Assembly: GCF_000023965.1 (NCBI RefSeq)
Contig: NC_013202.1
Coordinates: forward strand, 2,430,001-2,462,000
Reading direction: 5' to 3'
DNA: 32,000 nucleotides
DNA from: Halomicrobium mukohataei DSM 12286
GTDB lineage: Archaea; Halobacteriota; Halobacteria; Halobacteriales; Haloarculaceae
The position numbers were made by a program, and so were the translations under genes. Below the pieces are notes generated by a model. That model made no database searches. It saw only the letters and a list, made by a program, of their open reading frames with translations, and was not told the origin of the DNA. Of this stretch, positions 9,088 to 18,799 are shown piece after piece (position 1 is the stretch's first letter; every line of letters starts with the position of its first letter).

Positions 9088-10161
9088 ATGGCGCTCGACG
9101 AGCATTTCGACGACTTCATGCGGCGCGACTGGGATACCGGCGCGGACGGGACCGTCCGCTTCGCGATGGTCGGTCTGGGCTGGTGGACGCGTGACTACGC
9201 CGTCCCCGCGACCCAGCAGTCCGAGTACTGCGAGACGACGACCGTCGTCAGCTCCTCGCCCGAAAAGGCCGAGTCCTTCGCCGAGGAGTTCGACGGCGTC
9301 GAGACGGCGCTGACCTACGACGAGTTCACCGACGGTGCCGGCACGGACCAGTACGACGCGGTCTACGTGGCGACGCCGAACGCGCTACACCTGCCCTACG
9401 TCGAGGCCGCGGCGAGCTACGGCAAGGACGTGCTCTGCGAGAAGCCGATGGAAGCCAGCGTCGAGCGCGCCGAGGCGATGGCCGAGGCAGCCGAGGACGT
9501 GACGCTGATGGTGGCCTACCGGATGCACACGGACCCAGCCGTCCGCCGGATGCGCGAACTGGTGGCCGACGGATTCGTCGGCGAGCCGACCCACGTCCAC
9601 GGCCACATGTCCCAGCGCCTGCTGGAGATGATTCCCGACCGCGACCAGTGGCGGCTGAACCCCGAGCTGGCGGGCCAGGGCGCGTCGATCACCGACCTGG
9701 GCGTCTATCCGATCAACACGACGCGGTTCGTCCTCGACCGGGACCCGGTGGCGGTCCAGTCGGCGATGTACTCGGGCAGCGAGGGGTTCGAGGACGTGCC
9801 CGACGAACGCGCCGCGGCGACGATCGTCTACGAGGACGACGTGCTGGCCTCGATCTCGGCCAGTCAGAACAGCTACGAGGACGGATTCTTGCGGGTCACC
9901 GGCACGGCGGGCCAGCTCGTGCTAGAGCCGGCCTTCCTGAAGCCCTCCGGACTCACCGTCTCTCGCAGCGGGATCGACGCGACCTACGACCTCCCGGAGA
10001 TGGGCGAAGCCCAGCAGATGCAGGCGGAGTTCGACTACTTCAGCCACCACCTCCTGGCCGACACCGAACCGCCCGCCGACGGCGAGTACGGCGTCGTCGA
10101 CATGCGCGTGATCCGCGCGGCCGTCGAGTCCGCCCGGACCGGCGAGCGGGTGACGCTGTAG
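9088..10161 (+). CDS. Gfo/Idh/MocA-family NAD(P)-dependent oxidoreductase (sugar/D-xylose dehydrogenase-like)
   Basis: ATG 9088. Rossmann motif VRFAMVGLGWWT, then TPNALHLPYVE, LCEKPMEA and AYRMHTDPAVRR. A TATA-like CACTTATCT lies about 30 nt upstream. Confidence 0.8.
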   Translation: MALDEHFDDFMRRDWDTGADGTVRFAMVGLGWWTRDYAVPATQQSEYCETTTVVSSSPEKAESFAEEFDGVETALTYDEFTDGAGTDQYDAVYVATPNALHLPYVEAAASYGKDVLCEKPMEASVERAEAMAEAAEDVTLMVAYRMHTDPAVRRMRELVADGFVGEPTHVHGHMSQRLLEMIPDRDQWRLNPELAGQGASITDLGVYPINTTRFVLDRDPVAVQSAMYSGSEGFEDVPDERAAATIVYEDDVLASISASQNSYEDGFLRVTGTAGQLVLEPAFLKPSGLTVSRSGIDATYDLPEMGEAQQMQAEFDYFSHHLLADTEPPADGEYGVVDMRVIRAAVESARTGERVTL

Positions 10162-10229
10162 CGTGGGGCCGCCGCGACACAACTGTTAATATCACCACAC
10201 GACGATATCACCCTACGCGTGTTCGCTCG

Positions 10230-11177
10230 ATGACAGAGACGTTCTACGACGTGCTCGGGGTCGAACCAGATGCCACCGCGAGCGACATCGAGGACGCCTA
10301 TCGCGAGCGACTGAAGGAGACCCATCCGGACCACAACGACGACGCCGACGCCGACGAGGCCACCCAGCGCGTGATCGAGGCCCGCAACGTGCTGACCGAC
10401 GACGACGAGCGCGCCCGCTACGATCGACTCGGACACGACGCGTACGTCGGCGCGGACGCGGCGGGGAGCGATCACCACGACGCCCGCGGCGCGGCGGCCC
10501 GTGCGGCCCGCGAGGCCGGCTGGGCGGACAGCGAGACGGACGGTCCCAGCGAGTCGACTGCCGCGGGCACGAACGCGGGGCCCTCCGAGCGGCGACGCCG
10601 GGAGCGAACGGCAAGCGAACGCGTTCGTGAGACGCGCACGGCGGCGTCGAGTGGTGCAACTGGAGCCACCGCGACCGGACAGACGACGGCGGGCACGTCG
10701 CCCGATAGTGGCGCGTCGACGGGCCGGACGCGCCCGACGGGCACTTCGACCCGTGACAGCCGCCAGCGCGACCGGATTTACGGTGCAGGTACCGACAGCG
10801 GCGAGGTGGCGTACAACGTCAGACACGACGTGAGTTCGAGCGGTCACTCGCTGCGGGCGTTCGTGGCCGACACGCCGCTCTCACTCGCCGCGCTGACGTT
10901 CGTCCTCTATCCGATCATGGTGGCGTCCACGATGTTCCCAGACTTCCCACTGGTGGTCAACGCCACCGTCGGCCTGTGTGCCCTGCTGTTGATCGGCTAC
11001 CTCCAGTCCCAGCCGTCGGTGGGCGTCCTCGTCTTCGGGACCTGGAGCGTCCTGGTGCCCCTCGCACTCGTCGCGTTCGGCGTCCCGGTGACCGGGCTCG
11101 TCGGGCTCGCAGCGCTCGGGAGCGTCTGGCTGCCCTTTGGCTTCTCGTTGCTGACCCGCTCGGTCGTGGGGCCGTAG
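10230..11177 (+). CDS. J-domain (DnaJ-like) membrane protein
   Basis: ATG 10230. J-domain FYDVLGVEPDATASDIEDAYRERLKETHPDHN with an HPD motif, a long S/T/G/R-rich linker and a C-terminal hydrophobic block (about 4 TM). Confidence 0.8.
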   Translation: MTETFYDVLGVEPDATASDIEDAYRERLKETHPDHNDDADADEATQRVIEARNVLTDDDERARYDRLGHDAYVGADAAGSDHHDARGAAARAAREAGWADSETDGPSESTAAGTNAGPSERRRRERTASERVRETRTAASSGATGATATGQTTAGTSPDSGASTGRTRPTGTSTRDSRQRDRIYGAGTDSGEVAYNVRHDVSSSGHSLRAFVADTPLSLAALTFVLYPIMVASTMFPDFPLVVNATVGLCALLLIGYLQSQPSVGVLVFGTWSVLVPLALVAFGVPVTGLVGLAALGSVWLPFGFSLLTRSVVGP

Positions 11178-11181
11178 CACC

Positions 11182-12924
11182 CTACAGCGATTCGCGAACG
11201 CGCTCGTGGACCCGATCCCGGTACCGATGGCTCCGCTCGCCGTCGAACCGACACTCGACGATCTGCGTGCCGGACGCGCCGGCCGAGGACGCCACGGCGT
11301 CGGCGAGGGCACCACGGCCCTCGACGCGGTCGTATTCGAGGTCGTACAGCGCGCCCGTCGGCTCGAAGTCCAGTCCGTGGGGCGTCCGGAACTGGTCGGT
11401 AAAGGGCGGCTCGAATGACTCGATGGGCAGCTCGTGGAAGATGCCGCCGCCGTCGTTGTTCACGAGGACGATCGTCGCGTCCACGTTACAGCGCCCGACC
11501 GCGAGCAGGCCGTTCATGTCGTGGTAGTAGGCCAGATCGCCGGTGAGTACGACCAGCGGGTCGTCGGTCGCGCTGCCCGCACCGAGTCCCGTCGAGGTGA
11601 TCCCGTCGATACCGCTGGCCCCGCGATTGCCGAGGACGGTCACGTCGGCCGCTCGGGGCCGTCCGAACCGGTCCAGATCCCGAACCGGCATACTGTTCGA
11701 GACCATCACCGTCGCCGGATCCGGGACGGCGCTGGCGACCGTCGCGGCGACCGTCCCCTCGAAGAACTGCTCGCCGTGCGCCCGCTCGGCGAGGTCCCAG
11801 TAGCGGGCTTCTGCGGTCTCGAATCGCTCGGTCCACGCCGTCGGTGATCGGTCGAGTCGCTCGGCCAGCCCCGTCGCCAGCCGCGTCGGGTCGGCCACGA
11901 CGAGATCGGTCGCGGTGAACGCCGCTTCGCGCCACTGGCCGGCCGGATCGACCACGAACTGGGCGGCGTCGGCGTCCCGCAGCCAGTGACGCAGCGTCTT
12001 CGAGGTCGGCGAGGCCCCGAACCGGAGCACGATATCCGGATCGGGCCAGGCTCCGGCGTCGAGATACGAGTCGTAGCCGCCACAGATGGGCCGATCGCCG
12101 ACGTGGGGGCCGAAGCGATGCCCCGACAGCGGATCGGCGAGCACCGGAAAGCCCGTGGCGTCAGCGAGTTCTGCCAGCGCGTCCCGGCCGGGCGTCGGTT
12201 CGTTCGACGGGCCGGCGACGATCAGGCCCCGCTCTCTGTCGATCCGGTCGGCGAGCGTGGACAGGTCCGATGCCGAGAGCGTCCTGTCGCCGCGGGTCGT
12301 ACGGACCATCGGCCCGTCCCGGCCGTTCGCACCGAGTGGAGCGCGCTCCGGGAGGTCGTCCGGAACCGCGCCCTCGACCGGCGTCGGTTCGAGGGGCTTC
12401 GAGACGGGCACGTTCAGGTGGACTGGACCCGCGGGCGTGTCGGTCGCAGTCGCGACGGCGCGACAGACTGTTGTTCGGAGCGATCGGAGCCGGCGCGGCT
12501 CCGGTGCCGGCTCTGGGAGCGAGCGGTACTGCCGGACCGCGTCGCCGTACAGTTTCTCCTGGTCGATCGTCTGGTTCGCGCCGCTGTCTTGCAGTTCTCG
12601 GGGACGGTCGGCGGTCAACAGCACCATCGGCACACGAGACTGGTCGGCCTCGATCACCGCCGGATGGAAGTTCGCCGCCGCCGTGCCAGAGGTACAGATC
12701 AGCGGCGTCGGCGTTCCGGTCCGGCGAGCCCGTCCGAGCGCGAAGTAGGCCGCCGACCGCTCGTCGAGGTGAGAGTAGACGCGCATCTCCGGGTGCCGTG
12801 CGACCGCGACGGTCAGCGGCGTCGAGCGACTGCCGGGTGCGACACAGACCGCGTCGATCCCGTTCGCGACGAGTTCTTCGACGATGACGCGCCCCCACAG
12901 CGTGTTCTCGTTTGGCTCGGTCAC
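11182..12924 (-). CDS. menD: 2-succinyl-5-enolpyruvyl-6-hydroxy-3-cyclohexene-1-carboxylate (SEPHCHC) synthase
   Basis: 580-aa ThDP enzyme. MenD-type N-terminus: WGRVIVEELVANGIDAVCVAPGSRSTPLTVA...ERSAAYFALG...ICTSGTAAANFHPAVIEA...LLTADRP. Confidence 0.85.
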   Translation of the reverse strand: MTEPNENTLWGRVIVEELVANGIDAVCVAPGSRSTPLTVAVARHPEMRVYSHLDERSAAYFALGRARRTGTPTPLICTSGTAAANFHPAVIEADQSRVPMVLLTADRPRELQDSGANQTIDQEKLYGDAVRQYRSLPEPAPEPRRLRSLRTTVCRAVATATDTPAGPVHLNVPVSKPLEPTPVEGAVPDDLPERAPLGANGRDGPMVRTTRGDRTLSASDLSTLADRIDRERGLIVAGPSNEPTPGRDALAELADATGFPVLADPLSGHRFGPHVGDRPICGGYDSYLDAGAWPDPDIVLRFGASPTSKTLRHWLRDADAAQFVVDPAGQWREAAFTATDLVVADPTRLATGLAERLDRSPTAWTERFETAEARYWDLAERAHGEQFFEGTVAATVASAVPDPATVMVSNSMPVRDLDRFGRPRAADVTVLGNRGASGIDGITSTGLGAGSATDDPLVVLTGDLAYYHDMNGLLAVGRCNVDATIVLVNNDGGGIFHELPIESFEPPFTDQFRTPHGLDFEPTGALYDLEYDRVEGRGALADAVASSAGASGTQIVECRFDGERSHRYRDRVHERVRESL

Positions 12925-13183
12925 TGCCGATCACTCTCGCTGGGCTGCCAGCGTCGGTCCCGACGACCGGTTCCACACATGGCCCGACCTACGGACGGGG
13001 GACGCTTCAGCGTGACTATCGCCACGAAGTGGCCGGCAGTTCGCGATCGATCGGCCGGCTACTGGCCGCCGCGTGGCCGAGCGTCGTCGTTTTCTGCATT
13101 CAACAGAAATATTCCGATATCGAAAAGGGATGTCGTCGGAAGACACAGTATTGTTCTCGCGTTCGGTAACTCTCCCCGCCAGA

Positions 13184-13190
13184 TTTATAA
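13184..13190 (+). promoter_or_regulatory. TATA box for the RHH gene (leaderless spacing)
   Basis: TTTATAA ends 30 nt upstream of ATG 13220. Confidence 0.5.
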
Positions 13191-13219
13191 GGGGATCTAT
13201 CGAACCACCGTACGTTCCG

Positions 13220-13438
13220 ATGCCACAGGTAGAGATAACGATCCCGGAACATCTCGAGATGCAGATCGCCCAGCTCGTCGAAGAAGGCGAGTTCCTCACC
13301 CGCGAGGAAGCGATCGAGGATCTCCTCTCGACCGGGTTGAAAGCCTACAAGACCAGCGGGCCCATGGACGACGAGGACGATCCCGGGGGATTCGAGGACG
13401 ACGGGATGATGGGTCACGACGACGAGTACGTCTTCTAG
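13220..13438 (+). CDS. Small ribbon-helix-helix (CopG-like) protein with an acidic tail
   Basis: MPQVEITIPEHLEMQIAQLVEEGEFLTREEAIEDLL has a beta-strand/helix/helix RHH pattern. A TATA box sits at leaderless distance. The ORF-track N-terminal extension is not protein-like. Confidence 0.65.
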   Translation: MPQVEITIPEHLEMQIAQLVEEGEFLTREEAIEDLLSTGLKAYKTSGPMDDEDDPGGFEDDGMMGHDDEYVF

Positions 13439-13522
13439 CGAGCGGCGCTCAGCAGACGAACCACCACTGGTAGCCGTTCACAAGCAATTCTTATACTATT
13501 GGCACCGCCTACTAGTGGCAAG

Positions 13523-13804
13523 ATGCACAAAGACGAGCTTCTCGAGCTGCACGAACAGATGGTGCTGATCATGCGTTTCTTCCGCGACGAGATGGACAGC
13601 GTCGACCCCGAGCTGTTCGACGCCTACGGCGAGCTCGACGTGCGCCCCTCGGACGTTCACAAGTCCAAGAGCGAACACAAACACGCCGTCTTCGTGCTGG
13701 GCAACTCGCTGGCGACCGCGATGAGCGAAGACGAGTTTTCCGACGCCGGCCGCGTTGGCAAGCGGATGAAGGAACTCGCGGAAGACGCCGAGAGCAAGCT
13801 CTAG
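13523..13804 (+). CDS. UPF0058-family small archaeal protein
   Basis: MHKDELLELHEQMVLIMRFF... matches the characteristic UPF0058 N-terminus. A TATA-like TTCTTATAC lies about 27 nt upstream of ATG 13523. Confidence 0.65.
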   Translation: MHKDELLELHEQMVLIMRFFRDEMDSVDPELFDAYGELDVRPSDVHKSKSEHKHAVFVLGNSLATAMSEDEFSDAGRVGKRMKELAEDAESKL

Positions 13805-14322
13805 GTGTCGTCCTGTTCGAGTTCCGTGAATATCTCGGGATCCGTCTGGAACTTCAAAACGTTGTGTATCACGGAGTTGCGGATGTTCTGGACGACGCGT
13901 CCGTGGTCCTTGTAGAACTCGTGGATCCAGCGTGACTCCGCTTTCCGGCTCGGGAACATCATCACCGACTTCCACTGGTACTCCCCGTCCGAGAGGAAGT
14001 AGAACATCGTGTGTCTGTCGTCGCGGATCGCCGTCATGGCCTCGCGCCAGCCCTCCTCGAAGTGCTCCGGGTTGAACTTGAACTCGAACAGCGCGAAGTT
14101 GAAGTACTCCTCGTTGGGGACGATCGCGTCACGGAAGACCCCCTCCTGGCGCATCTTGCGGATCGATTCGCTGACGGTGACGTGTGACACCGAGATGTCG
14201 TGGTCCGCTTCGAGGATGTCGGCCAGTTCTCGCGAGGAGAGCTCCGGGTCGTCGGCCAGCTCTCTGAGGATCAACACGTCGCGTTCCTTGAACTCCCAGT
14301 CTGGTGATTCGTCCGCGTTCAT
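13801..14322 (-). CDS. Lrp/AsnC-like winged-helix transcriptional regulator
   Basis: N-terminal wHTH (RDVLILRELADDPELSSRELADILEADHDISVSHVTVSESIRKM) followed by an alpha/beta C-terminal domain. Confidence 0.7.
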   Translation of the reverse strand: MNADESPDWEFKERDVLILRELADDPELSSRELADILEADHDISVSHVTVSESIRKMRQEGVFRDAIVPNEEYFNFALFEFKFNPEHFEEGWREAMTAIRDDRHTMFYFLSDGEYQWKSVMMFPSRKAESRWIHEFYKDHGRVVQNIRNSVIHNVLKFQTDPEIFTELEQDDT

Positions 14323-14389
14323 ATCCCACGTTCCGGTGTTATCGTCTTGGAAGTTGGCATCTCTCGGCGCACGCTGTCGTCGGCACTGA

Positions 14390-15292
14390 TCACGGTGAAT
14401 CGAGAGTCACGAGCGTGTCCACGTCCGGCAGGTCAGTCTCGGGAGACGTGATCTGTGCCATCCGCTCGGTGTGTTTCTCGATCGCGTAGTTCTGCAGGTC
14501 GTCGGCGGAGGGACCCGGCGTCTCCTCGCTGCCGTCGCCCAGTCCGTCGGTCGTCGTCTGCTGGACCAGCCCCAGCAGTTCCGTGACGGTGTCGTGTAGC
14601 AGCTGTGGGTCGACGCCCTCCGCGACGAGTTCGCGGAGCTTGCTCATTCCGAACCCGACGTGGCGACCCTCGTCGCTCCGGATGCGCTCCAGTCCGGTGG
14701 TAAAACCCGGCAGCGTCGGGAGGTCCGGCTCGGAGGGACCGTAGCTCTGCTGGAGCCCCCAGTAGGCCGTCTGTGCCAGAATGCCCTCGATGGTCAGGTG
14801 GTAGTGACACAGCGCGATCGCGCGGTGCTCGGGCGTGTCGTCGTCGAGCAGCCGGTGCATCGCCGCGTCCGTGCGGGCGAGCAGTTCGTCGTACGCGTCG
14901 TTGACCCACCGATCCTCGGTCGGCGAACTCACCGGCAGGTCGCGCTCGCGCTCGACCGGGTTGATCACCGCCGTCCAGTACCGCTCGAAGAAATCGAGGT
15001 GGCGCGCTTCTTCGTACAGCTGCGTGCTGAGATAGGCCTGGTCCGCGGCGTCGTCGAGCACGACCGAGAGCGGGGCGAGGTCCTCGGTGACGGCGCGCTC
15101 GCCGGCACCGAACTTCGCGACGGTCGAGCGCAGGTGGTCGAAGGTCGCGGGATGCGCTTCGACGAGTGGCTCACGATCGTCGTCGAGATCGATCGCCGCA
15201 GGGTCCCAGTGTCGTTCGACGGCGTTGCGGTAGTAGCGTCCCGATCGGCTCTCCCGATCGAGCGCGAGTCGAAACGTCGCCTCGTCGGTCAT
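14390..15292 (-). CDS. Ribonucleotide reductase R2-like (ferritin-like di-metal carboxylate) protein
   Basis: Two ExxH motifs (YEEARH, SDEGRH) plus TIEGILAQ. Length and spacing fit the R2/R2lox fold. Confidence 0.75.
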   Translation of the reverse strand: MTDEATFRLALDRESRSGRYYRNAVERHWDPAAIDLDDDREPLVEAHPATFDHLRSTVAKFGAGERAVTEDLAPLSVVLDDAADQAYLSTQLYEEARHLDFFERYWTAVINPVERERDLPVSSPTEDRWVNDAYDELLARTDAAMHRLLDDDTPEHRAIALCHYHLTIEGILAQTAYWGLQQSYGPSEPDLPTLPGFTTGLERIRSDEGRHVGFGMSKLRELVAEGVDPQLLHDTVTELLGLVQQTTTDGLGDGSEETPGPSADDLQNYAIEKHTERMAQITSPETDLPDVDTLVTLDSP

Positions 15293-15351
15293 TGGTCGTG
15301 TCGTAAACTCCGCCCTACATAAGCGTTGACGAACGCGCGGAGCCGACGGTA

Positions 15352-16143
15352 TCAGCGCCCATCGAACTCCGGTTCGCGACTCTCGACGAAGGCTCTCGCG
15401 CCCTCCTCGTGGTCCGCGGTCGAGAAGGCGACGCCCTGCGCGTTCGCTTCCCGCGCCGTCGCGGCGTCGAAGGAGTCGGGCTGGTGGTTCACCAGTCGCT
15501 TCGAGGCCGCCAGTGCGACCGTCGGCCCCGTCGCGATCGTCTCGACGATGTTCTCGACGCCCTCGTCGAACGACGACGCCTCGAACACGCGGGTAACGAG
15601 CCCGAGATCTCGGGCGCGGTCGGCGTCGACCAGTTCGCCAGTGAAGATCAGTTCCTTGGCGGTGTTGAGCCCGACGAGCCGCGGGAGGAGGTAGGACACG
15701 CCCGAATCGACCGCGAGTCCGACGCGGCGGAAGCCGAAACTGATCTTCGCCGCCGGGCTCGCGAGTTGCAGGTCACAGGCGATCGCCAGACCCGCACCGG
15801 CCCCGAAGGCCGGACCGTCGATCTTCGCCACCGTCGGGAGCCGACAGTCGTAGACGCGCTTGATCGCGCGGTTGACCGCGCCGACGACGACCTCGACGCG
15901 CTCTGCCGGCGGCACGTCCCGGTCGATGCTCTCGAGCATCGCGTTCACGTCCCCGCCGGCACAGAAGGCCGCCCCCTCACTCTGGAGGACGACACACCGT
16001 GCCGCGCTGTCTTCGGCGGTCTCGATCGCCGCAGCGAGTTCGTCTGCGGCCTCCGCAGAGAGCGCGTTGCGCGCTTCGGGGCGGTTCAGCGTGATCGTTG
16101 CGACCTCGTCTGCGATCTCGACGCGGACCTGATCTCCGGTCAT
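15352..16143 (-). CDS. Enoyl-CoA hydratase/isomerase (crotonase) family protein
   Basis: ATG 16143 (MTGDQVRVEIADEVATITLNRPEARNAL). Motifs FCAGGDV and GPAFGAGAGLAIACD. The ORF-track N-terminal extension is not protein-like. Confidence 0.85.
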   Translation of the reverse strand: MTGDQVRVEIADEVATITLNRPEARNALSAEAADELAAAIETAEDSAARCVVLQSEGAAFCAGGDVNAMLESIDRDVPPAERVEVVVGAVNRAIKRVYDCRLPTVAKIDGPAFGAGAGLAIACDLQLASPAAKISFGFRRVGLAVDSGVSYLLPRLVGLNTAKELIFTGELVDADRARDLGLVTRVFEASSFDEGVENIVETIATGPTVALAASKRLVNHQPDSFDAATAREANAQGVAFSTADHEEGARAFVESREPEFDGR

Positions 16144-16240
16144 GTCCCGCACCGACGGCCAGGACGACCAAAAGCGTTGGTCAGGTCGCCACCAACAGAG
16201 TAGGGGTGCCTTTGAGGAGGGACCGGGCCGATTGTCTCGT

Positions 16241-17641
16241 ATGCGAATCCACTGGCATCGACGCGACCTCCGGACGACCGACAACGCCGGCCTGGCCGCA
16301 GCGACGGCCGACAGCCCGGTCGTGCCGGTGTTCGTCTTCGACGACGCCGTCCTCGACCACGCCGCACCGCCCCGCGTGGCGTTCATGCTGGACGCGCTCG
16401 ACTCGCTGCGGGCACAGTACCGCGACCGCGGGAGCGACCTCGTGATCGCTCACGGCGATCCGACGGCCGAGATCCCGCGGCTGGCCGAGGCGTTCGGAGC
16501 CGACGGCGTGACCTGGGGCGAGGCCTACTCCGGGCTCGGAATCGAGCGCGACATCGCCGTCCGGCAGGCCCTCGACGACGTGGGCGTCGAACGCGAGGCG
16601 GTCACCGATTCGGTTCACCATCGCCCCGGCGAGATCACGACCAACGACGGCGATCCGTACTCGGTGTTCACGTACTTCGGGCGCAAGTGGCACGACCGGG
16701 AGAAAGAGGACCCCTACGACGCGCCCGGCCCGGACGAACTGGCCGACGTGTCCGGCGATCCCCTGCCGTCGGTGGGAGACCTGGGGTTCGAGGAACCACA
16801 GGCAGAGATCCCTCCGGCGGGGACGGAGCCGGCCCGGGAGCTCCTCGACGCGTTCTGCGAGGACGACATCTATCGGTACGAGGACCGCCGAGACTACCCC
16901 GCAGACGACTGCACCTCACGGCTCTCGGCTCACCTCAAGTTCGGGACGATCGGCATCAGGGAGGTGTACGAGCGGACCGCGAGCGCGGCGGCAGCGGCCG
17001 ACGACGAGGAACGGCGCGAATCCGTCGCGGAGTTCCAGTCGCAGTTGGCCTGGCGGGAGTTCTACACGCAGGTCCTCTTTGCCAACCGGTCGGTCGTCAC
17101 GGACAACTACAAGACCTACGAGCGCCCGCTCCAGTGGCGCGACGACCCCGAGGCGCTCCAGGCCTGGAAGGACGGCGAGACGGGATACCCGATCGTCGAC
17201 GCCGGGATGCGCCAGCTCCGCCAGGAGGCGTTCGTGCACAACCGCGTCCGGATGATCGTCGCCTCCTTTCTCACCAAGGACTTGCTGATCGACTGGCGAG
17301 CGGGATACGAGTGGTTCAAAGAGCGTCTGGTGGACCACGACACCGCGAACGACAACGGCGGGTGGCAGTGGGCCGCCTCGACGGGAACCGACGCCCAGCC
17401 GTACTTCCGGATCTTCAATCCGATGACTCAGGGCGAGCGGTACGACCCCGACGCGGAGTACATCAAGACGTACGTCCCCGAACTGCGTGACGCCGAGCCG
17501 TCGGTGATCCACGAGTGGCCCGACCTCTCGCTGACCCAGCGTCGCAACGCCGCCCCGGAGTACCCCGACCCCATCGTCGACCACAGCGAGCGGCGCGACC
17601 AGGCTCTGGAGATGTTCGAGACCGCCCGCGGCGAGAGCTGA
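16241..17641 (+). CDS. phr: Deoxyribodipyrimidine (CPD) photolyase, class I type
   Basis: ATG 16241 (MRIHWHRRDLRTTDN). C-terminal FAD-binding block: WREFY, GYPIVDAGMRQL, HNRVRMIVASFLTKDL, DNGGWQWAASTGTDAQPYFRIFNP. Confidence 0.9.
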   Translation: MRIHWHRRDLRTTDNAGLAAATADSPVVPVFVFDDAVLDHAAPPRVAFMLDALDSLRAQYRDRGSDLVIAHGDPTAEIPRLAEAFGADGVTWGEAYSGLGIERDIAVRQALDDVGVEREAVTDSVHHRPGEITTNDGDPYSVFTYFGRKWHDREKEDPYDAPGPDELADVSGDPLPSVGDLGFEEPQAEIPPAGTEPARELLDAFCEDDIYRYEDRRDYPADDCTSRLSAHLKFGTIGIREVYERTASAAAAADDEERRESVAEFQSQLAWREFYTQVLFANRSVVTDNYKTYERPLQWRDDPEALQAWKDGETGYPIVDAGMRQLRQEAFVHNRVRMIVASFLTKDLLIDWRAGYEWFKERLVDHDTANDNGGWQWAASTGTDAQPYFRIFNPMTQGERYDPDAEYIKTYVPELRDAEPSVIHEWPDLSLTQRRNAAPEYPDPIVDHSERRDQALEMFETARGES

Positions 17642-17794
17642 TCCCGGCACTGGTGGGTCGTCTGTCTCGGCATCGGAACCCGAACCGCCAGCCGAGAACG
17701 ACCAGCGGGCGGTCGGCGAGTGTGATGTGGTAGCGTGCGTCTCCTAAACGTTTAACAGGCGTCCGCTCCACCCAAAAGATGGAGGAGATTTATC

Positions 17795-18406
17795 ATGTCC
17801 GAACACTCAGATCCGGAACTGCCGCCACTTCCGTACGACTACGACGCGCTGGAGCCCCACATCTCAGAGCAGGTGCTCACCTGGCACCACGACACCCACC
17901 ATCAGGGGTACGTCAACGGCCTCGCGGCCGCCGAGGAGACCCTCGCGGAGAACCGCGAGTCGGGTGAGTTCGGATCCAGCGCCGGTGCGCTGGGCAACGT
18001 CACCCACAACGGCAGTGGACACTATCTCCACACGCTGTTCTGGGACAACATGTCCCCCAACGGCGGCGGCGAGCCGTCGGGCGAGCTCCGTGACCGGATC
18101 GAAGCGGACTTCGGTTCCTACGAGGGCTGGAAAGGCGAGTTCGAGGCGGCCGCCTCGGCCGCCGGTGGCTGGGCGCTGCTCGTCTACGACCCGGTCGCCA
18201 AGCAGCTCCGCAACGTCACGGTCGACAAGCACGACCAGGGCGCGCTCTGGGGGTCCCACCCCATCATGGCGCTGGACGTCTGGGAGCACTCGTACTACTA
18301 CGACTACGGCCCGGACCGCGGCAGCTTCGTCGACGCCTTCTTCGAGGTCGTCGACTGGGACGAGGTCGCGTCGCAGTACGAGACCGCAGTCGGTCACTTC
18401 GAGTAA
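17795..18406 (+). CDS. sod: Mn/Fe superoxide dismutase
   Basis: LPPLPYDYDALEPHISEQVLTWHHDTHHQGYV and the C-terminal DVWEHSYYYDY metal-ligand motif. Confidence 0.95.
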   Translation: MSEHSDPELPPLPYDYDALEPHISEQVLTWHHDTHHQGYVNGLAAAEETLAENRESGEFGSSAGALGNVTHNGSGHYLHTLFWDNMSPNGGGEPSGELRDRIEADFGSYEGWKGEFEAAASAAGGWALLVYDPVAKQLRNVTVDKHDQGALWGSHPIMALDVWEHSYYYDYGPDRGSFVDAFFEVVDWDEVASQYETAVGHFE

Positions 18407-18535
18407 CGTCGCCCGACGGCGGGCTCCCGAGCTTCGCACTTTCTTTCGATATCGTCGATCAGTGGCGACACTCGACGGCGACGACAGCGCGTCGCTTTCG
18501 AGGGCTTTACGCACGGCGGCGCGGAACCGGCGGAC

Positions 18536-18799
18536 ATGCCACAACCGAAAGACGACTTCGACGACCTCCGCCCGCTGGAGTTTCGCGAGCCCGAGGAAGT
18601 GCTCGACGACGACGAGATGTATACGATCTACGAGATCGGTCGCCTCCTCCAGGGGTTAGAGGCCGAGGCGGAACTCGACGTCGAGACCGAGAACGTCCTG
18701 ATGGACTGGGCCATTCCGTGGCTCATCAAACACGCCGACGCCTTCGTCTTCGCCGAGCCGAGTGCCGACGACGAGCCGGGCTACTACGGACTCGCTTAG
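18536..18799 (+). CDS. Small acidic hypothetical protein
   Basis: 87-aa ORF with haloarchaeal acidic composition. I recognise no motif. Confidence 0.5.
   Translation: MPQPKDDFDDLRPLEFREPEEVLDDDEMYTIYEIGRLLQGLEAEAELDVETENVLMDWAIPWLIKHADAFVFAEPSADDEPGYYGLA

Noticed and set aside
13801-13804. Convergent gene pairs whose stop codons overlap (CTAG at 13801-13804; TTAG at 18796-18799)
   Set aside because: The overlaps are real but are a common consequence of compact gene packing. Nothing suggests a specific regulatory function.
15352-16143. The crotonase-family gene as MenB (naphthoate synthase) partnering the nearby menD
   Set aside because: The sequence looks like a generic enoyl-CoA hydratase of 264 aa. 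It is separated from menD by five unrelated genes on both strands. There is no basis for a men-cluster call without alignment.
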